Shown piece after piece: positions 57,447 to 64,000 of a stretch of 64,000 nucleotides of DNA. The stretch comes from an uncultured virus (IMG/VR IMGVR_UViG_3300044611_002505) (taxonomy: Duplodnaviria; Heunggongvirae; Uroviricota; Caudoviricetes), in the IMG/VR virus record IMGVR_UViG_3300044611_002505; one strand, 5' to 3'. Numbering within the stretch: the stretch's first letter is position 1; every line of letters begins with the position of its first letter. The notes under the pieces were generated by a model. The model was not told where the DNA came from. It made no database searches and saw only the letters and a program-made list of their open reading frames with translations. Made by a program: the position numbers and the translations under genes.

Positions 57447-57730
57447 AGACTATGGTAAAAGAAAAAAATGTCTCTGAGAATGTTGGAATCGATGTTGAAA
57501 AGAAAATCAGCGAGAGCGATGTGATTGATTTGCTTTTCAAGCAAGTCGAAAAGCCTAAGAATTGCATCAAGATCAAGGCTGTAAATGTTTATGGGAATCG
57601 TTATCGAATAAATATTTGGACTGTTGTTCAAGAAGATGGTTTTGATAAAAATAAGATTACTCAAAGCTATTTTGGTATTGTAGATAGCAATAAAATTAAG
57701 ATTATAATGGGTGATAAGAAAACTTCGTAG
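57443..57730 (+). CDS. Hypothetical protein
   Basis: NV..NRYRINIW...I..SYF. Confidence 0.6.
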   Translation: MKTMVKEKNVSENVGIDVEKKISESDVIDLLFKQVEKPKNCIKIKAVNVYGNRYRINIWTVVQEDGFDKNKITQSYFGIVDSNKIKIIMGDKKTS

Positions 57731-57747
57731 TTTCTTCTTGGTACGCT
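57728..57747 (+). promoter_or_regulatory. GGTACGCT module-head motif (supplies upstream stop codon)
   Basis: TAGTTTCTTCTTGGTACGCT. Confidence 0.7.
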
Positions 57748-57786
57748 TTCTTCTTAGACGGATTATCCACAATAAGCGGGCGTGAT

Positions 57787-59118
57787 ATGAAATACTATAA
57801 TCTCAACAACTCCATAGTTCTTTCTTTTGATGGTATCGTCCACACTGTCAGTAAGGACGATTATCGCTACTCTAGGATCAAGGAAGCTCTTTCAAATCAA
57901 GATTTTGATTCAGTAAAAGTCGCCGTAGACCCAACCAAAAATCTTGATAAGGAAGGGTTTGTTGTTGAGAATGGCTTGGTGTGTTTCAAGGGAGAGCCAA
58001 TCCCCAGCGTTCTTGGCAATCAATTTTTGAAATACAAGGAGAGTAGCTGGGTATTCAAGAGTCTTCTCAATTTTTGGTTCAACCTCAAGACCAGGGTGGA
58101 CAATGAAACTGCAAGCCAGATGATCAATGCTCTTGTTGAGAATGGGGCATATCCTATTACTGAAGATGGCTTTTATCTGGTCTACAGAAATGGTAATGCA
58201 GATCAAACCAAGAGTATTCTCAATAAAAGGAATCAAGAAGTTGGTTCTATTAACTTCTACAATGTCGCTTCTGTTCCCGAGGAATATAGTAATTTCTTTT
58301 ACGAGAGAAAGAATCTTGACGATATCTTAACTTCTATTTTTGGCTTTTCTGCCAAAAAGCTGAAAAAGATTGCAATTCAAGAGATGTTCAAGCCAGCGAT
58401 CAATTTCGTAGATCATACTTTTCTGCTTTTTGGAGATGCTTTCAAGGACGTTCTTCATCCAGATAATCTTTATGAAGTTCTTGAGAAAAAGCTTTTCAAG
58501 ATTACTCATGGCGACGTTTCAAGCTATAGGAATTTCAATACTTTTCTTAAAGAATACAGTGTTGAGAAAAATGGAACCTATAGTCAAAAGAAGATACTAA
58601 ATCTTTTGTCAAGCGCAAAAGAACAAGTGCGTCTTGTTGAAATTGGTGGTTATTTTGTTGATCTTAAAGAAAAGATTAATCTGGATATCCAAAGAATTCA
58701 ATTCAGCAACGATTGCCAGACAATCTTTGAATATCTTAGGTCTGAGCATAGAAAGCTCGGTGATCCAGAGATTGACCTTGATATTGACAAAAATTTCCCA
58801 GAATTTTGGGAACTCAATGATGTTGAGGTTGGTAAGCTCAGGTTTCTTTTCCCCAAGACAAACTATGACTTGAAGGAGTGGACCAACCTAATGCAAAATT
58901 GCATTGGCACACATGGATATGATAAAAAGGTTGTTCAAAAAGGATGTATTGTTTTTGCGCTAATGTCTACAGATACCAACGAAATGATTTATAACGTTGA
59001 AATTTCAAGCAAGAATATTGTTCAATTTAATGGTAGGGGTAATCGTCCTGCAACACCTTCCGAGAAAAAAGAAGTTTGCTCTCTCTTGATGGAAAAAGGA
59101 TTGATTTTTAAGGAATAA
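57787..59118 (+). CDS. rIIB-like N-terminus fused to a PcfJ-like C-terminal domain
   Basis: L.NFW.NL, PITEDG.YL.YR (rIIB-like); L..W...MQNCIG..GY, VEI....IVQF.G..N (PcfJ-like). Confidence 0.6.
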   Translation: MKYYNLNNSIVLSFDGIVHTVSKDDYRYSRIKEALSNQDFDSVKVAVDPTKNLDKEGFVVENGLVCFKGEPIPSVLGNQFLKYKESSWVFKSLLNFWFNLKTRVDNETASQMINALVENGAYPITEDGFYLVYRNGNADQTKSILNKRNQEVGSINFYNVASVPEEYSNFFYERKNLDDILTSIFGFSAKKLKKIAIQEMFKPAINFVDHTFLLFGDAFKDVLHPDNLYEVLEKKLFKITHGDVSSYRNFNTFLKEYSVEKNGTYSQKKILNLLSSAKEQVRLVEIGGYFVDLKEKINLDIQRIQFSNDCQTIFEYLRSEHRKLGDPEIDLDIDKNFPEFWELNDVEVGKLRFLFPKTNYDLKEWTNLMQNCIGTHGYDKKVVQKGCIVFALMSTDTNEMIYNVEISSKNIVQFNGRGNRPATPSEKKEVCSLLMEKGLIFKE

Positions 59119-59163
59119 TTGATAGTTGAAAAACAAACATCCATAGTGTATATTATTTACACT

Positions 59164-60429
59164 ATGGATGTTTGCATATTAACTTGTTATTATAATCCCA
59201 CCAATTCTGAGAATAGAACTCGGAATTTCTATAAATTCTTGGATTCCGTTAAATCTAGCGGGATTGAAGATCATCTTTTTGTTTGTGAAATAACAAAAAA
59301 TGATCAACCAAGATTGACTCCAACAAAAAATCATTTTTTGTTGTTGAGCGAAGATGATTTGTGGCACAAGGAATGTGCTATAAATTTTTTACTAAAAAAA
59401 ATACCAGAAATCTATACGAAAATTATAGTTTCTGATTGCGATCTTATTTTTAATGATCTTGGCTGGGTTAAAAAGACCAGCGATTTATTAAACGAATATG
59501 TGTTTGTCCAACCATACGATAAAATAAAGTATCTTGGACCCGTAGAAGGCTCCTACGACAGTTTTTATGCCGGTATTGTGTCGTATATGCAAAAGAGTAG
59601 GGTTGTGGATTTTGGCAATCCTGGGGCTCTTGTAGCGTATAGGAGAGACTATCTGAGTGCTGTTGGCGGGCTTTTTGACAAATGCGTTGTTGGTGGAGGG
59701 GATACTATAAACATTATCCCTTTCTTTATTGATAATTTTATGAAATTAAATTTTCTCAACAGAATATGCCCAGACACCAGAGTTGAAGCATTAGATCATA
59801 TAAACAATTGTGTTGATTTTATTAAAAACAGCGGATTAGGCTCTGCAGCATATTTGAAGGATGTTGTTCTGACTCATTTGTTTCATGGAATGATAAAACA
59901 CAGACAATACGATTCAAGATACAGTATAATCAATAAAATAACATTTAAAAAGAATTTTAAGAAAAAAAATGAATTATACCAGATAACATCAAATGAAAAA
60001 TTAAAAAGCGATTTAAAAGAATATTTAATTGAAAGAAAAGAAGATTTTAAGCTGAAAGATACAGCCTCCATATGTATTAATAGTGCTAAATATCCCGTTG
60101 AATATGACATATTGTGGTTATGCGAACATAATAGTTTTATATTTAATAATATATCAAGAGTTAAGTTTCATTTGAAGAAAGTTAAACAATTAAAGAATTT
60201 TAAAGTAATATCAAATGGTAAAGAAATATTCTCTGTATTTATTGAAAATAAAGCGGTTATTGAAATTGAAAATCCAAATGTACTACTGATCAGCTCTGAT
60301 TACTTTGTTCCCGCTGATCTTGGTGAAAGCAAAGATACAAGAAGGCTATCCTTTGTTCTTGAAAAAATAGAGATAATTGCTAAAGACGGAACAGAATATA
60401 CTAATTATCTTTTAGGGGATATATCTTGA
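59164..60429 (+). CDS. GT-A glycosyltransferase-like protein
   Basis: YYNP, LWHKE..IN, SDCDLIF, GGL.D...GGGD, HLFHG. Confidence 0.7.
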   Translation: MDVCILTCYYNPTNSENRTRNFYKFLDSVKSSGIEDHLFVCEITKNDQPRLTPTKNHFLLLSEDDLWHKECAINFLLKKIPEIYTKIIVSDCDLIFNDLGWVKKTSDLLNEYVFVQPYDKIKYLGPVEGSYDSFYAGIVSYMQKSRVVDFGNPGALVAYRRDYLSAVGGLFDKCVVGGGDTINIIPFFIDNFMKLNFLNRICPDTRVEALDHINNCVDFIKNSGLGSAAYLKDVVLTHLFHGMIKHRQYDSRYSIINKITFKKNFKKKNELYQITSNEKLKSDLKEYLIERKEDFKLKDTASICINSAKYPVEYDILWLCEHNSFIFNNISRVKFHLKKVKQLKNFKVISNGKEIFSVFIENKAVIEIENPNVLLISSDYFVPADLGESKDTRRLSFVLEKIEIIAKDGTEYTNYLLGDIS

Positions 60430-61637
60430 TTGAACAATTTTTAAACTCCGAGCTAGACCCAATTCAAACAATAGAAGCTTATTCTAAATTTGCTTCTAAA
60501 TTAATGTTTTTAGAAGAGCTCGTCGTTAGAAAGGTTGTGAAAAAATTAAAGAAAAATATAGAGGATTGGGCAAAAAATAAAAGTTTGATTTATAAAAATT
60601 ATAATGGCATCGAAACATACAACAGAAAAGATTTGTTGAATAAAGATGGTTGGTATGTTCAAGAGTTGAAAGAGCAGTCGCAAAATTTTTCAACAAGCGG
60701 CAGCACAACCGGTGACCCCTTCTCATATAGTATTTGGAGCAAATACGTAAGTTATATAGAAGATGAACATCAATACGGCATGATATTGGATGAGTTCGAT
60801 ATCTCTAGAAAAGACGCCAATATATTGGTTTTAATGAAACTGCCGTATAATCCCAAAATAGAAGAGTTTGGCACAGAGCAGATTGGCGACTCTGGTTATA
60901 CAATGCATACTCATAAATCCACCACTAGTAAAAGGTGTTTTGTAAATTTTGATGGATACATTGAAGATGCAGAAACTTGGCATAAAAATTTATTTAAATT
61001 TATAGAAAACAAATCATTTGATGTAATCATATCGACTGGACCGTCAATAAACACTCTTTGTTTTTATTTGAAAAAATTTAATTATACAAACAAACTCTGT
61101 AGATTACTGAGTCATACTGGTGAGTTTTTGATAAAGCAGGATGCTTATTATTTAAAAGAAAACAAATATATTGATAATTTTTGTGATCACATGAGATGTT
61201 GGGATGGTGGAGCAACATTTTTTACATGTAAATTTGGAACCTATCATTTGATGGATAATTTAAGTTGGGTTGAAGAAGGCGAAAACAATAAAATGATAAG
61301 CACAGATTACTTTTCCCTACCAGCTCCTTTTATTCGTTATTGGAACGGAGATCTTTGTAAAATATCTGATGACTATCAAAGGTGTGATTGCGGTAGACTA
61401 TATCGTTCCTTCAAGATGCTTGAAAACAGACCGTTTGGTTTAAAGGGAACAACAAAATTAACATCTATAAAACAACAAGTTTCTAATCTAGATTTTAAAC
61501 AAGATATTTTGCAGGTAAAATTCGATAATTTAAAAGTTGATATTGTTGCAAAAAGAGAACTTCTAGATTTTGAAAAAGAGCAACTAAAAAATATTTTTAA
61601 TGAATATAAAATAAATTATAGCAATTATGGATCATGA
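60426..61637 (+). CDS. Phenylacetate-CoA ligase/CapK-like adenylate-forming enzyme
   Basis: STSGSTTGDP, TGE, PFIRY..GD, CDCGR. Confidence 0.75.
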   Translation: MIEQFLNSELDPIQTIEAYSKFASKLMFLEELVVRKVVKKLKKNIEDWAKNKSLIYKNYNGIETYNRKDLLNKDGWYVQELKEQSQNFSTSGSTTGDPFSYSIWSKYVSYIEDEHQYGMILDEFDISRKDANILVLMKLPYNPKIEEFGTEQIGDSGYTMHTHKSTTSKRCFVNFDGYIEDAETWHKNLFKFIENKSFDVIISTGPSINTLCFYLKKFNYTNKLCRLLSHTGEFLIKQDAYYLKENKYIDNFCDHMRCWDGGATFFTCKFGTYHLMDNLSWVEEGENNKMISTDYFSLPAPFIRYWNGDLCKISDDYQRCDCGRLYRSFKMLENRPFGLKGTTKLTSIKQQVSNLDFKQDILQVKFDNLKVDIVAKRELLDFEKEQLKNIFNEYKINYSNYGS

Positions 61638-61652
61638 ACTACTAAATATTTC

Positions 61653-61835
61653 ATGAGAACATTTTTTTTAATTTTACTTTTATCGTTGTTTTGCATTGGA
61701 TGTAAAGAAGTTTCTTGTAAATGTGGAAGTGAAAAATGCGGTCCTGAGTGCAAAAATCAATGCGATGGACTTAGATGTATTCCTGGCGAACCTTGCTGCG
61801 ATAAATGTATTTGTAGAAAAATAAATTACCGCTAG
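61653..61835 (+). CDS. Small Cys-rich exported/lipoprotein (metallothionein-like composition)
   Basis: Signal with IGC lipobox-like site; 12 Cys in 60 aa. Confidence 0.6.
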   Translation: MRTFFLILLLSLFCIGCKEVSCKCGSEKCGPECKNQCDGLRCIPGEPCCDKCICRKINYR

Positions 61836-61868
61836 ATTTAGGATATTTTTTTTGATACAATTCCTCAC

Positions 61869-62966
61869 ATGAGAAAAGCATTAATTACAGGTGTCACAGG
61901 ACAGGATGGTTCTTATCTGTCCGAGCTTTTATTGAACAAAGGTTATGAAGTTCACGGAATTATAAGAAGAAGTTCATTAATAAATACCAATAGAATTGAT
62001 CATATATACGATCAATTGAATCTTCATTACGGAGATTTGACTGATTCCACGAATATTGTAAGAATTATTCAAAAGGTTCAACCAGATGAAATTTATAATC
62101 TGGCGGCTCAAAGTCATGTGAAAGTATCTTTTGAGTTGCCTGAATATACTGGCGATGTCGATGCTCTTGGAACTTTAAGAGTATTGGAAGCTGTTAGATT
62201 ATTAGGACTTGAGAAAAACACAAGAATTTATCAAGCATCTACTTCTGAGCTTTATGGTCTTGTGCAAGAAATTCCACAAAAAGAAACAACTCCGTTTTAC
62301 CCAAGATCTCCTTATGGTGTTGCAAAACTGTATGGTTTCTGGATTGTAAAAAATTACAGAGAATCTTACGGAATGCACGCCAGTTCTGGCATTTTGCACA
62401 ACCACGAAAGCCCAAGAAGAGGACAAACATTTGTTACTAAAAAAATAACAGATGCTTTTCACAAGATGTCTATTGGTCAACAGGATTGCCTTTATCTTGG
62501 TAATTTAAACGCTAAGCGTGATTGGGGTCACGCAAAAGATTTTGTGGAGGCTATGTGGCTTATTCTTCAACAATCTGAGCCTGATGATTATGTGATAGCG
62601 ACTGGTGAACAACACTCGGTTAGAGAGTTTGTTGAGAAATCTGCCTCCTATTTTAATATGAAAATAGAGTGGCAAGGCGAAGAGTTAAACGAAATTGGGA
62701 TTGATATAAATTCTGGCAAGACAGTTGTTAAAGTTGACCCCAGATATTTTAGACCAGCAGAGGTTGAATCCCTGCTTGGCGATGCAACAAAAGCAAAAGA
62801 AAAATTAGGATGGGTTCCTAAAATTTCTTTTGAACAACTTGTTGAGGATATGTGCTTAAATCAATTGGAACAAAAAAATGAACAAAACAAGCAGAATATT
62901 TGTGACCGGACACAAGGGTTTGGTTGGCTCAGCAATATTAAGAAATTTACAAAAAAATGGATATAG
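61869..62966 (+). CDS. gmd: GDP-mannose 4,6-dehydratase
   Basis: [52 protein letters not shown]. Confidence 0.96.
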   Translation: MRKALITGVTGQDGSYLSELLLNKGYEVHGIIRRSSLINTNRIDHIYDQLNLHYGDLTDSTNIVRIIQKVQPDEIYNLAAQSHVKVSFELPEYTGDVDALGTLRVLEAVRLLGLEKNTRIYQASTSELYGLVQEIPQKETTPFYPRSPYGVAKLYGFWIVKNYRESYGMHASSGILHNHESPRRGQTFVTKKITDAFHKMSIGQQDCLYLGNLNAKRDWGHAKDFVEAMWLILQQSEPDDYVIATGEQHSVREFVEKSASYFNMKIEWQGEELNEIGIDINSGKTVVKVDPRYFRPAEVESLLGDATKAKEKLGWVPKISFEQLVEDMCLNQLEQKNEQNKQNICDRTQGFGWLSNIKKFTKKWI

Positions 62967-63804
62967 CAATATATTTACGGTTGATAAAAAAAATCTTGAT
63001 TTAACTGATTCGCGAGAAGTAGATAAATACTTTTTAGACAATTGTATTGAATATGTTTTTAATGCTGCTGCTAAGGTTGGTGGTATAAAAGCCAATAATA
63101 CGCAATCCGCTGACTTTATAACACAAAATATAAGAATACAAACCAATCTTATTGAATCTTCAAATAGACACGGTGTTAAAAAATTCTTGTTTCTTGGCAG
63201 TTCTTGTATATACCCAAAATTTGCAAAACAACCAATAACAGAAGATCAATTTTTAACTGGGCTCCTTGAGCCTACAAATGAAGCTTATGCTATTGCAAAA
63301 ATCTGTGGAATTAAAATGTGTCAGGCGTATGGTCAGCAATATGGATTCAATGCTATTTCTCTAATGCCAACTAATTTGTATGGTCCAGGAGATAATTATG
63401 ACCCCAAAAATAGTCATGTTTTGCCCGCAATGATCAGAAGGTTTCATGAGGCTAAAATTAATAATCTTTCTGAAGTGGTTTGTTGGGGAGATGGATCACC
63501 AAAAAGAGAGTTTTTATATGTAGATGATTTGGCGGATGCTTGTTTGGTTTGTATGTTGAATTACGAAAGCGACGAAATTATTAATGTGGGCACCGGCGCT
63601 GATATAACCATAAAAGAACTTGCCGAAATTGTTGCGAATGTTGTTGGATATAAAGGAAGTATTGTTTGGGATGACATTGCCGCAATAAATGGAACACCCA
63701 GAAAGGTTTTAAATATTGATAAGATAAAATCTCTTGGTTGGGAGGCTAAAATGGATTTGTCTACCGGCATAAGTGTAGCATACTCAAGTTTCTTGGCAAA
63801 GTAG
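62878..63804 (+). CDS. fcl: GDP-L-fucose synthase
   Basis: [55 protein letters not shown]. Confidence 0.96.
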   Translation: MNKTSRIFVTGHKGLVGSAILRNLQKNGYSNIFTVDKKNLDLTDSREVDKYFLDNCIEYVFNAAAKVGGIKANNTQSADFITQNIRIQTNLIESSNRHGVKKFLFLGSSCIYPKFAKQPITEDQFLTGLLEPTNEAYAIAKICGIKMCQAYGQQYGFNAISLMPTNLYGPGDNYDPKNSHVLPAMIRRFHEAKINNLSEVVCWGDGSPKREFLYVDDLADACLVCMLNYESDEIINVGTGADITIKELAEIVANVVGYKGSIVWDDIAAINGTPRKVLNIDKIKSLGWEAKMDLSTGISVAYSSFLAK

Positions 63805-63821
63805 TTTCCTCCCGGTACGCT
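63802..63821 (+). promoter_or_regulatory. GGTACGCT module-head motif (supplies fcl stop codon)
   Basis: TAGTTTCCTCCCGGTACGCT. Confidence 0.7.
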
Positions 63822-63856
63822 CTGTTGGTGGCAGAAAGCACCAACAAGAGAAATAT

Positions 63857-64000
63857 ATGTATAATTCCTTTAAGTATCTCTATCCTCCTCGACCAGAAAA
63901 TGCTTTAACTCCCGATAGAATTTCATATTATGAGAAGCACGGTTTTGTGGGTCAATACAAAAAGAATGGAACTTGCAGCATTTTTGCAATAAATCATCCA
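63857..64000 (+). CDS. Partial ligase/nucleotidyltransferase-like gene (runs off right edge)
   Basis: MYNSFKYLYPPRP...GQYKKNG; KxNG resembles covalent nucleotidyltransferase motif I. Confidence 0.5.
   Translation, partial: MYNSFKYLYPPRPENALTPDRISYYEKHGFVGQYKKNGTCSIFAINHP

Noticed and set aside
12273..63821. GGTACGCT motif as a CRISPR repeat or sigma54 promoter
   Set aside because: Copies are dispersed over kb distances with no spacer array or cas genes. TGGTACG resembles the sigma54 -24 box, but no conserved GC follows at -12.
1..64000. Stop-codon reassignment (code 15 or 4)
   Set aside because: Long conserved genes are intact in code 11, and TAG, TGA and TAA all end genes at plausible positions.

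Overview
AT-rich, gene-dense, mostly + strand segment that looks like part of a large (jumbo, T4-superfamily-like) tailed phage genome in the standard genetic code. A Planctomycetota host is inferred from the CsrA, ferredoxin and other host-like proteins. No capsid, terminase or polymerase core genes are visible, so this is an accessory/early region. It carries csrA, several ligases (Rnl1-like, ATP-dependent DNA ligase, WGR-ligase, a partial fourth), guaC, uvsE, two RuvB-like AAA+ ATPases, an SF2 helicase followed by 62-aa repeat proteins, rIIA/rIIB-like genes, an unusual long-variable-arm tRNA-Asn next to an HNH endonuclease, and many glycan genes (GT60, an ~8.4 kb repeat-flanked island, gmd/fcl). 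The most notable unexplained signals are: (1) two homologous, pseudoknotted ~216-267 nt structured RNA candidates flanking a basic 164-aa ORF (39569-40533); (2) an 11-copy dispersed GTTTCYTYBYGGTACGCT motif heading gene modules; (3) a TA(A/T/C)ATA-N4-5-ATG signal suggesting leaderless late genes, several with a T4-like capsid-targeting N-terminus; (4) a GT60 transferase divergently paired with a Pro/Thr mucin-like protein. All family calls come from motif recognition by eye; no searches were run.
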